Made by a program: the position numbers and the translations under genes. Below are positions 25,801 to 37,800 of a stretch of DNA of 64,000 nt, piece after piece (within the stretch, counting starts at the first letter, position 1; each line of letters begins with the position of its first letter). The stretch comes from Bugula neritina (taxonomy: Eukaryota; Animalia; Bryozoa): contig OZ037770.1 of NCBI GenBank assembly GCA_964035545.1, positions 12,514,642-12,578,641 on the forward strand, written 5' to 3'. The notes below the pieces were generated by a model. The model saw only the letters and a list, made by a program, of their open reading frames with translations, was not told the origin of the DNA and ran no database searches.

Positions 25801-28800
25801 CTTCTAGATGTAAGTTAATTTAAATTCTTTTTCCAACTTGAACTACTTTAGAAATGAAGAAAAACCGAGATGGGAGTGACAGCCGTTCTCTGGGCATATC
25901 TACCAACAGAGCTGATACAATAAAGTATGGACCTGAGGCTAGCCGTCTCAGAACTTATGCTAGATGGCCAGCGAGCTCTCCAGTTACAGCTAGGACACTC
26001 TGTGAAGCAGGTATATTGGGAATTACTTTGCGTTGAGTCTTAGTAAAACATGTGATTAAATCCCCAGTGTATACAACTATATTATTGTATTCAGGTTTCT
26101 ACTTCACTGGATTTGATGATCAAGTCAGATGTTTCTACTGTTCTGGTGTTCTGAGGAGTTGGCAGACGTCTGATGACCCTTGGGAGGAACATGCCAGGTG
26201 AGTTACTCATTGCAGTCTTCAGTTTCAGTTATGTAGTTAGTGAGTGAGTGAGTGTTTTTAAAAGTTGAAATTCTGTAATCTGGTTTTTACACAATAATTT
26301 ACTAATCAGTTTCGTGCAAAATTAGGTGGTTTCCAGAATGTTCTTTTCTTCTGCAACAGAAAGGTGAAGATTATGTCACAGAAGTTCATAACAGAACCCC
26401 AGCTAACAAGAAGGTAATTTCAATTGTTAGGTGACTCAATGGGTTTAGGTTTTTCTTCCCCACCCCACCCCGCCCACTTTATTGCAGGTCAATTGGCTGC
26501 ATGTGATCACCTGTTGTTTTTCAGTTTTTATGACCTAAAATCCAGGGCTAAGAGAGTGATCTGCTCATGGTTTGTTCTACAGCAGTAATAAATAATTCTC
26601 ACCTCTTCTCACCTATTTCTGCTTTGTCCTGTTCGGGTAGCGGGTGGCTGCCGGAAGCCTAGCTCAATTAAGCCTCTCCACCTAACCCTGTCCTGAGTGT
26701 CTTTTTCGTTGAGGGAACGAGATTGGAAGTCTTTTCTGATAGTATCATGCCATCTGTGCTTTGGGCGTGCCCGGTTTCTTTTTCCTGCAAATTTCAACTT
26801 ATGCACTCTTCTGATATCATCCTCTTTCTCTTTTCTGCGTATATGTCCAAACTACTGTACCCTTTTTATCGGTTATAACATATTCATTACTTTCGCTTTT
26901 TGCCTTATGCTTGCGTTGGTCTTGTGCTCTTCCACAGTAGCGCCTAGGCAGTAGCGTAGCAGTCTCATTTCGCATACGCTCACTCTCCGCAAGGTAATCA
27001 GTCACTGGCCATGTTTTCGCCCCGTATAATAGCACCGGTCTTAAAACTGTCTTGTAAATGAGGATCTTGAGTTTCTTTGAGACTTTCTGGTCACACAAGA
27101 TCCCGGTCAGCTGCCTCCATTTGTCCCAGGCTCTGCCAATGCGTACTTGCACCTCTGTCCTGCGCCCTTCCTCATTGTGCATTGTAGTTCCCAGGTACTT
27201 GAAAGTGACTTTTTGAGCCAAAGTGGCATAGTCCGAGCTATCGTATTCCTTCAGTTTGATGTCACCAATGCTTTCTTTTGTTGGAAGGTACTCTGTTTTA
27301 GACATACTGAATTTTAGGCCGACATCCTCAAATCGCCTTCTCCAGTCTTCCAATCTTTCTTCTATGTTGTCTCTACTCTCATCATATAGTACCAAATCAT
27401 CTGCAAACAGAATGCTCCATGGTGTGTCTTTGCCATTGTCATCCGAGATAACAGCCATTATAATTATAAAAAGTAATGGGCTTAGGGCTGAGCCCTGGTG
27501 TAGCCCAACTTCCACTCTTATTTCTCCTGTTTCGCCCGCATTTGTTACTAATTTTGTTGTTGTGTCCTTGCACATATCCTTGATGATACTGATGTAAGCT
27601 TCGGGTACATGATGCTTCCTTAAAACGGTGCCATATTAGCTTTTTTGGGATGATATTGTAGGCCTTTTCCAGGTCCACGAATACCATATGCAGTTCTTTA
27701 TTATACTGTCTGTCTTTTTCCTGCGGAATGCAAAGGCAAAACATGGCTCATTAATAGATTTGCCTCTCTGGAAATCATACTGGTTGTCTTTTAGCTTGAC
27801 CAACTCCCTTAGCCTTGCTTCGACCACTCTTTCATAGAGTTTGAGAGAGTGGCTGAGCAACTTTGTATCCCGGTAGTCCCCACACCTAAGGGGGTCACCT
27901 TTTTGTTTGTAAATGAGGACGATTTTACTTTTTCACCTTTCTTTTGGTATCCCTTTTCTAATTGCTTCTCTAAAACATGTCCTTGAGTTTCTTGATCATC
28001 TCTATGGGAGCTCATCAAGACCTTTTGCTTTATTTGGTTTCACTTTTTTTAACTGGTTTGTAACTTCCTCTTCTGAAATTTCCCCAATTGGTCCCTGTAC
28101 TTTTTCAGCTGGTGTTATTTCCGGTGTTCTGTTTTTGTTATTAAGTAGTTTTTTAAATATTCCTTCCACCTTTCCTTGATGTCCTTTTCTTCACTTCTAA
28201 TTTTGCCTTGCTCATCTTTGATAAACAGTATCCGGTCTATATCCTTTAATCTCCTCTGCCTTGCCCTTGCTAACCTGTAAATTTTCTTTGGGCCATTTTC
28301 TTCTAAATCTCTGTACAAGTCTTCATAACCTTTCTCCTTTGCTATTGCACACTTCTCTTTGCTGATTTTATTCAATCTTTTCAAAATCTCCTTGTCTTCA
28401 ACTGATCCTGTTCTTTTCCATTCTTTGAAAGCTTCTTTCTTACTTTTCACTGCTTCTTGTACTTTCTCATTCTACCACGATGATTCTTTCTCTTTGTACT
28501 TTCCCCTCCTACTGACCCTGAGTGACAGCTTCGCTGCTTCGATTATTTTCGGGTATGTCTCCTCCCATGTCAAATTTCCAAGTTCATTTTGTTCTGTTAA
28601 TATCTCTATAGCTTTGCAATCCTCCTCATCCCCTTCTTTCTCTTTAATTTTTTACCAGTTGATTTGCATTGGCCTCTCTCTCACAATCTTTTCCTTTTTT
28701 CGATTTTGTAATCCATCACCAAGAGTCTGTGTTGTGGTGCCATAGGTTCACCTGAGATCACTTTGCAATCTTTCACGTTGGTGAAATCTTCTCGTATCAT

Positions 28801-31800
28801 GATGTAATCAATCACTGTCTGGTTTAAGCCATTTTTATGTGTAGATCTTTTCATCAGTTTTGGTGAAGAAGGTATTAGCAAGCGCGAAATCCCTACTTCT
28901 TGCATAATCTATTATCTCCTCTTCATAATCATCCCTTCTGCCCGCTGACTTTCCTCTATGCCATCTCTCATAGCCCTCCAGTCGATCTGTTCCGAAGTGT
29001 CCATTTAAGTCACTTGCCAGTATCAGTTGTTCGGAAGCCGAGATACTTGCAGTGATTCCTTCCAGTTAGTTCCAGAATCGCTGTTTCTCCTCCTCTTCAC
29101 GACCTTGTTGGGGTGCTTTTGCGGTGACTATGTTGTATGTCTTTTCGGGTGTTACTAATTTCATTGCCATCATTTTATCAGATACTCTCCTAGCATACAT
29201 TTTTTAAGTTTGAGATTGTATTTCTATACTATTCACCATGTTACTATGGCAAAGTTACTAACATGATATTTGTAGCACTATGTTACTAGCACTATGGTAT
29301 TACTAATACTACGTTACTTGGGGTAGCTATTGGCTAGACTTTGCCTAGGGCCACACGGTGCGTATTTTCGCATGCGAAAATTGAAATCGCGAGTAGCAAA
29401 GGTGTCCACTGTAGCGTCAGTGATGCGTGATAAATAAAGCTTTGTTTTTTAAATCGCACTCGCTTTCAATAAAACGCAATTTACTGGAATGTAGCACTAA
29501 AATAAGGAAATTGGGCTCGCTGAATAACCACCAGCCAATTAGGTGACGATGACAGAGACGATTCGCACTTGCGTTGAAAATGCAGAGCGACAAGTGCGAA
29601 TGTTTTCTCAACGCGCACAGTGGACACCTTTGCTACTTGTGATTTCAATTTTCGCATGCGAAAATACGCACCGTGTGGCCCTAGGCTTAGGGCTCGTTTG
29701 GAAAACACCCTTAATCTGTTTACAGCTTCAACTCAATCATGTGAGAAGTTATGGCTATATTCTAACTATATATACTTATTATTTGGCTTTAGAGTAATGA
29801 CTCTGATTACTTATCTGGAGGCAAAAAAGCATTTCTTCTAACTAATCACTTTCTTTTCTCCTGTCAGTTTTACTTAATCTAGTGGTTTTAGTTGACCTTT
29901 TACCTAATTACTCACTCATTTCAGTGACTCATAGTTTAGGTAACACACTATTTCAGTGACTCACCATTTCAGTGACTCATTATACATCCGGGTTCTTGTT
30001 GCAGTGTGTCAAGTCTGTAGAATCACAGAAGAGACAAGAAAAGGAGGCTAAACAAACCCAAAGCAACTACCAAGGTACAATACTCCATTAATTCACTGGT
30101 TAATTCTCAAATTTTCACCCTATAATTTAAATTGTAACAATTTCAGTACATTGATGTTAATTTTTATGGGTTCTGCAACATTTGCCGGCATAAAATAATT
30201 TTTGTCTTTTTCGCATAAATGCATTCACGGCCTCAGTACCTTAACCGACATGCTGAGTTGTTACGGGGTATACATTTGATCTCTTAGCCATGGTTGAGTT
30301 CTGCGTTAAGATGGGACACAGTGAGACTGTAATAAAAGAGGCTGTTAGAAGAAATGGCAGGAGATTTTCTGAGCCTGAAGCTTTTCTAGATGCTATTTAC
30401 AACCTGGATGACCCTGATTCGGGTTTCCAAGAGGGGGCTAGAGCATTTGCCTAGTAAGCACTAAGTCATGGGTTGGAACCCTGACAAAGACCATTGGTGA
30501 TGTTAGGAAGAGCATCCAGTCATAATTGCTCCTGTGTCCCATTTTAATCGCAGGCTTTGCATGGATCGATGGGAGCACATTTCTCAGATCGATCTAGTGG
30601 AGTTGCCCCCTCTTATGTGAAGGGTACTTTAATAGTATAGTTTGTTCACCCGCCTGAGTAATTGAAGCTGCTGCAGCAAAAACTACACTTAAGTATAATA
30701 AACAAACATTAGCATTGGATTTAATTTTGCCAAAATGGGTTTGAAATAAATTAAAAATTTATTGATTGTGATAAATCTGGTTGTGGCATTTTGAATAGTA
30801 TGTTGATAAAACACTTTCAGTCAGCTAGTGTGCTTTGCCTATCACTTTTAAGAGCGGAGATCAAACATGAAAATGCTTTTCTCAGAGTAAAAGAGTTTAA
30901 TTATTTGTCCGTTATTTTCTTTTTCGATAGCTCAAAGTTCCAAGGCTGGTCTGAGGTTATGTCTCTGCTCAGCTTGAATTTAGTTCCACTGTAAATAAAT
31001 CTGTCTATGATAACCAGCAATGTTTTCTTGGCTAATAAACCAAAGAAGTAGCAAAAGCAATCTATTTATAAAAATTTGCAAAGAGTTGCTGAGTTGAAAT
31101 TAACCTTGTCCAAGAATATCATTTCTAATTACAATCGGATTAAAATAGTGTCTTCATATTATATTATTGCATTGCACAAATGCAAACAAGATTTCAAACA
31201 GGAAACGAGAAAATTCATACTTATTTTGTGCACATACAAGTAAATAGCAACACCATACTTGGTAGGTGTTCGCACTGTTAGTAAGTTGCTATGCGCAGCT
31301 AAATATTATGTCAAATCATGTTGCTGGGATGAAATCATAGGAAAAATGTCTAAGCTGAAGATATATATACTAACCAAACTGGCTGTAGCCAAACTATGGA
31401 AAGTTGATATTTGATTGATTGAATAAGTGAATTTTGACAAGTTGGTTTCGCTGCCGCTAATCTGACATTTTACAATACTAAACTCAGCAAATATCAGAAC
31501 CAGTAATGGTAAAAATCGAAGAGAATTTTCTTGTTTTGAAGATGAATGTAAATACAAGACAGTACTTCCTTTTGTTAGATAAATGTAAGAGGGTTTGCAC
31601 TACCTGTTGCAACAACATATTTGCAATAAAATCATGAAATGACTATTTTCAGGCGTTGGTCTTGCATACAATACGGATGAGCTTCAGGAAACCCTAAAGA
31701 GACTGAACTCAGACTACGGATATCTGAGACCCCCACCCACTGAGATATTCTGTTACACGATCCCTCGCTATCCTGATAACCACAATCCTCTTCTACCTCT

Positions 31801-34800
31801 GGCTCTGCAGAAAAAGCTCGGTGAGCTAACACTTTATAGGCACTCTATTCAACGTTATGGTAAAAATCAATCTGCAAAAAATTGGCATTGGTTTGGCAGC
31901 ATTCTAGCATTATAGGACAAAATAGTTTGGACTATATAAAAATCATATTGGTAACGCATAGCCTTTTTTATTGAACCACTTTTAGTTCAATGGGGCGGGA
32001 TTTCTTTCAGTTTCAATTAGTTTGTATCAGGACATAGCTGTGAAGCTCTGGTGCCAGATTTCCTTTTTGTGAGAATGACTTTTAAATCAGCATTCTCTAC
32101 CAGGCATTTATTCCTTATTATTTCCATGGCATATAATTGGATATCATCCCTTCTGATATAAAACTAACATTTTTGCTGAATAAAAAAAATTTCTGCTGGA
32201 ATTTTGTCAGCTATTTTCAACCAAAGCATTTAAAATTCCGAATGAAACATTTCCCACATGTTTCTACATTTGAATGTGTTGGTAGATGCAATGGCTCCAA
32301 GAGAGTTTCTAACTTATGTACTGAAAAAGTTAAATTTGCAAGAAAGAGAATCACTGATGGTGGATGAGAGACAAAGAAGAAAGACTTTCCTTGTTAACTG
32401 GCCTCATTCTAATAACCTTTCTGGTGTGAAAATGGCGCAGGCTGGATTCTATTGTGTTGGTAAGGATAAATTCATTATTAATAATAGTTGATGGTCGTTG
32501 GCTTTGCATATATGATATATCACTATCATACATAATGGTTTTAAAACATATTTCTACATACCCTAAGCAGCTTTACCATAGGCCAAAATTACAAAATGGT
32601 GTCTTTTAATAACTCTCTTGGAGCTGCCTTTTTTCTATAACCCTATATGTATTGTAGTGAATTTCGCAATTCACTATATTATGTGTGGGTCAACTTAAAC
32701 AAAGCCACTACACCAGGTTGTTTACCACCAGGTTGTTTACGCTAAGATAAGTTTATTATTCACAAGATACAAGAAGTTTTATTTACTGCTAACACGAATA
32801 GAAACGATTACATAATTAGTGAGCTTTATACACAACTACTCTAAATGAAGTCCCAAGCTGCTCTGCCCGGCTAGCTACTCAGCGCGCTTCCACTACGAGT
32901 AGCTAGCTCCACCTGCTATCAATTAACATGTCAGTCCTGATTGGTCGTTACTAGTGGTACCACTGCTGGCCATAGTTACAAGCCGATGTAGTCGAACTCC
33001 ACTATAGTATATAATATAGAGTCGACCCTTTCGATTAATACTAACAATAAATTACACCACTAAAATCCATTACAGTATTTCCCAATATAATTTTTCACTC
33101 AAACAACTTTTACATCTTGTCCAGTATTTTAGGAGTCACTCACTAGGATCCATAAATTACTATTTGGGTTTGCTGTGTTCTGAAAATCAGCATATAAATG
33201 TTAGTTTGATATTGATTAGTTGGACCTACTATGTTTTACTATTTAGATCAGCCTGGTGGGTTTGTTCTCTAGTAGTTTTATTCAGTCTTCCTCACATATT
33301 ATGTACGTGCATTGGTATTGTCGTGTTTTTCTGCTGATTACAAATACGTATAGAAAAAGGCTGAAAGAGAATCATGCAACAATAAGCTGCATTTAATTAT
33401 CATCATATTTTGCTGGAACCTACAAACTGCACTTGAAAGCTAATTTGTTTAAACTATGTATGTTAGATGTAAACATTTGTATATTTTGTATCTCTTATGA
33501 AAGCTCAAAAGCTGTACTATTTATGGAATATCATATGAATTGTGTAAATGTCAATGTTCTTATGTTTTTGAGAATTAAATACAGCTCACTAACCATAATG
33601 CAACAAGTCATTACAAAGGCATAAAAGTTCAACCAAAGATGTAGAAAATGGAATAAGATTACAAATTTATTTATTTAGTTTTATTTGTCAACAAATTACT
33701 AGTTTTGAAAAAAAAAACATTCACATTTACAGCTATAATTTTATAAACTAGTCAAAGATACCAACATGCTTTTTGGATTAAATAGTCAAAGTTCTGAACT
33801 ATATTAAAATAATTTTCTATAGTTTTCATTTTTTAGGAGTTTTGTTTTAGATACTATTTGTTGTACGCAGTGTTTCTTGCCTGCTAAAGTCGTATTCTAA
33901 ACTCTAAAGGCTTCCTTTTACAGATAGCAAGGATCAAGTGCAGTGTGTATTCTGCCGGGGAAGTCTCCATCACTGGGAGCGAGACGACAACCCAATGACT
34001 GAGCATGCTCGGTCCTTCAACTTCTGCCAATTTGTCAAAGGACTGGAATGTGGTAACAGAGAGTACAAGAGTGACGTTATTTCTGCTTATGAACTGGAGA
34101 ATATCAATCTCTTTGGAACCCCACCAGGTATAGGCATGGTTGGACAAAAGTTACCATAAACTGAGAGTGTTTTATAATTGTTCTAAAATGAACAGTATAA
34201 TGGCTCATCAGATAATTTGTGAAAAGAACTTAAGCAGATGGCAATTATTTGCTTTCAAATAACAGTTTTATGTTTCTTTGGCTTTTAAATCTTCTACTAT
34301 ATTACTATTATACTAAAATTTGCTACCAAATTGGATTTCTAAGAAAAGTTGAAATAATCCAATTATTAAACTTGTAGAAATAAAAAGAGATGGTGAAAGA
34401 GTGGTTTCTCTAGATATTAACCCTCTGGGCATATCCACCAACAAAGCTGATACAATAAAGTATGGACCTGAGGCTAGCCGTTTTAGAACTTATGCTAGAT
34501 GGCCAGCGAGCTCTCCAGTAACAGACACAGCACTCTGTGAAGCAGGTATATTGGGAATTTCTCTGCATTTAATCTTAGTAAAACATGTCATGAAATCTCT
34601 AGTGTATACAACTGTGTCATTGTATTCAGGTTTCTACTTCACTGGATTTGATGATCAAGTCAGATGTTTCTACTGTTCTGGTGGTCTGAGGAGTTGGCAG
34701 ACGTCTGATGACCCTTGGGAGGAACATGCTAGGTGAGTTACTCAGTTACAGTCTTCAGTTTCAGTTATGTAGTGAGTGAGTGAGTGAGTGAGTGAGTGAG

Positions 34801-37800
34801 TGAGTGAGTGAGTGAGTGAGTGAGTGAGTGAGTGAGTGAGTGAGTGAGTGAGTGAGTGAGTGAGTGAGTGAGTGAGTGAGTGAGTGAGTGAGTGAGTGAG
34901 GAGTGAGTGAGTGAGTGAGTGAGTGAGTGAGTGAGTGAGTGAGGAGTGAGTGAGTGAGTGAGTGGGTGGGTGTGTGTGTGAGTGTTTTTAAAAGAGAGAA
35001 TTCTGTAATCTGGTTGTCATACATGAATTTACTAATCAATTTTCTCCATTTAGGTGGTTTCCAGAATGTTCTTTCCTCCTGCAACACAAAGGTGAAGATT
35101 ATGTCACAGAAGTTCGTAACAGAACCCCAGCTAACAAGAAGGTAACTTTAATTTGTTGGGTGACTCAATGGGTTTAGGTTTTTCTGTGTTACTTTCTCCC
35201 TGTTCACTGTCATTGTTCAATTCACTTCATGTGATTACCTAATGTGGATTTTCAGTATTTATGACAAAACAATGACCAAAGTGCGGGGCCTGTTGCTCTA
35301 AAGCAGTGATAAATACTACTCTGATAACATTTTGCGATGCTGTGAAGTGTATAGTGTTATACAATTTAGCTATTGAGAAAGTTGATAAGGTATTGTTAGG
35401 TTGTTGCGCTTATCTAAAGCTGGAATTTCCTCAATTTTTGTTGACTCATGGAACCTGTAATTTGATATCTATGATGATATAAAAGATTAAGTTTATTGAC
35501 CTTATGAATTTGTCTTCTTAACAAACTCAATACAACTTATTTACCACCTTTATCATTTGGTATTTTCCATGCAGCTTTTCATGCTGCTTTCACATGATTA
35601 CATAATGTTAAAGTGAAACTGCATAAATTAAACTGAGTGAATTGTTGCAATAAATTTACATATTTGTAGTGAGTTAAAGCCACTATGCTCAATGTAATAA
35701 TCTAGATTCTAGGGTATAAACACCAGTTAATCCTCCAATAGGCAGTATATTTTGTGGTTGACTCATAGAAGTCATGCTTTTATTGAGGAGTGCATAGAGT
35801 TGGCATTGAGTAGGTTTAATCAACCAGTTCACATTAGATTTCAGTTGAACTTTGTCGGCCAAGGCATATATAATTCATGCTGTGCATGTGAAACCACCTA
35901 TCTTGTACCACCATGCAACTGTCCATAACTGTCATTCTCTACATCATTTTGGGATTTATTTCTCTTTCTAGTATGTTGATCTTTTTTTGATGATTTAAGA
36001 AATTGTACCACTAATTAGTCTGTAGGGGGAAGTTGAAAAGCCTCACCTCCTTGCGTATGTATAGCCCACAGGAGTTTTCAACATTAAAGGGAAGGGATTG
36101 GAAGTAGGATAGCTGTTTATATGTTCGATCAAAAAGTTGTGTTATATTACAGTACAGCTATGTTATATTACAGTACATCTGTGGTATATTACAGTACAAC
36201 TGTGTTACATTGCAGCTGTGTTATATTACAGTACATCTGTGGTATATTACAGTACAACTGTATTATATTACAGTACAACTGTGTTATATTACAGTACAAG
36301 TGTGTTGTATATTACAGTACAACTGTGTTATATTACACTACTTCTGTGTTATATTACAGTACAACTGTGTTATATTACAGTACAGCTGTGTTATATTACA
36401 GTACAGCTGTATTATATTACAGTACAACTGTGTTATATTACAGTACAACTGTGTTATATTACAGTACAACTGTGTTATATCACAGTACAACTGTGTTATA
36501 TTACAGTACTGCTGTGTTATATTACAGTACAGCTGTGTTATATTACAGTACAGCTGTGTTATATTACAGTACAGCTGTGTTATATTACAGTACAGCTGTG
36601 TTATATTACATACTAATATAATATCTACTAGATATCTGTAAGCTCTCCCTGTAAGACAAATAATAAACCTACTACTATGTCTACTGTAGGGAGATGACTC
36701 CATGGGCTATTCTGTCATGCCAGCCGGTGTAGCTGGTAAATTAACCAACCAGCCTGTCTCTGTGCCTGAAGAAGATGCAAGAAGATATCGCAATGGAGAG
36801 ATGCGTAAGTGTGTACTTACTCTTTTAAACTTGGTCTATATACTATGTATAATTAATCATTTCTATTACTTACTCTTTTATATCAAGTGTATATATGTGT
36901 TAAGAGAGCAGCCGTGGTCTAGGGGTTAGAGCGTTTGCCTAGTGAACACGAAGTCATGAGTTCAAACCCCGACAAAGGTCATTGGTGATATTAGGAAGAG
37001 CATCCAGTCATAATTGCTCCTGTGTCCCATTTTAATCACCGGCTTTGCATGGATCGATAGGAGCACATTTCTCAAATCGATCTGGTGGAGTTGCCCCCTC
37101 TTATGTGAAGGGTACTTTAATAGTATAGTTTGTTCACCCGCCTGAGTAATTGAAGCTGCTGCAGCAAAAACTACACTTAAGTATATTAAACAAACATTAG
37201 CATTGGATTTAATTTTGCCAAAATGGGTTTGAAATAAATTAAAAATTTATTGAATGTGATAAATTTGGTTGTGGCATTTTGAATAGTATGTTGATAAAAC
37301 ACTTTCAGTCAGCTAGTGTGCTTTGCCTATCACTTTTAAGAGTGGAGATCAAACATGAAAATGATTTTCTCAGAGTAAAAGAGTTTAATTATTTGTCCGT
37401 TATTTTCTTTTTCGATAGCTCAAAGTTCCAAAGCTGGTCTGAGCTTATGTCTCTGCTCAGCTTGAATTTAGTTCCACTGTAAATTAATCTGTCTATGAAA
37501 ACCAGCAATGTTTTCTTGGCTAATAAACCAAAGAGGTAGCAAAAGCAATCTATTTACAAAAATTTGCAAAGAGTTGCTGAGTTGAAAATAACCTTGTCCA
37601 AGAATATCATTTCTAATTACAATCGGATTAGAATGGTGTTTTCATGTTATATGATTGCATTGCACAAATGCAAACAAGAAACAAGAAAATTTCAAACTTA
37701 TTTTGTGCACATAAAAGTAAATAGCAACACCATACTGTTAGTAAGTTGCTATCCGCAGCTAAATATTATGTTAAATCATGTTGCTGGAATGAAATCATGG

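Noticed and set aside
29417-29841. Overlapping ORFs repeated at 52021-52803 that look like a conserved small gene
   Set aside because: They are readings of a palindromic MITE present twice.
30791-30994. Duplicated 67-aa ORF (also 37279-37482)
   Set aside because: It has a TTG start, no recognisable motif, and no matching ORF in the third copy at ~12.2-12.4 kb. It is part of the duplicated intron.
34546-34629. In-frame, stop-free 84-bp intron inside BIR2 (also 40565-40648) as a regulated retained intron
   Set aside because: The equivalent intron has a stop in module 1 and is 91 bp in the minus gene. Retention would also disrupt the BIR fold, so it is probably chance.
34761-35087. ORF with (HSLT)n; likewise the (THAR)n and (YI)n ORFs at 56315-56785 and 47815-48018
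   Set aside because: Microsatellite translations.
36121-36703. Long ORFs with LCYITVQ / YYSTTV repeats, and a possible CRISPR-like array
   Set aside because: These are translations of a spacer-less 20-bp intronic minisatellite. There are no unique spacers or cas genes, and the context is eukaryotic.
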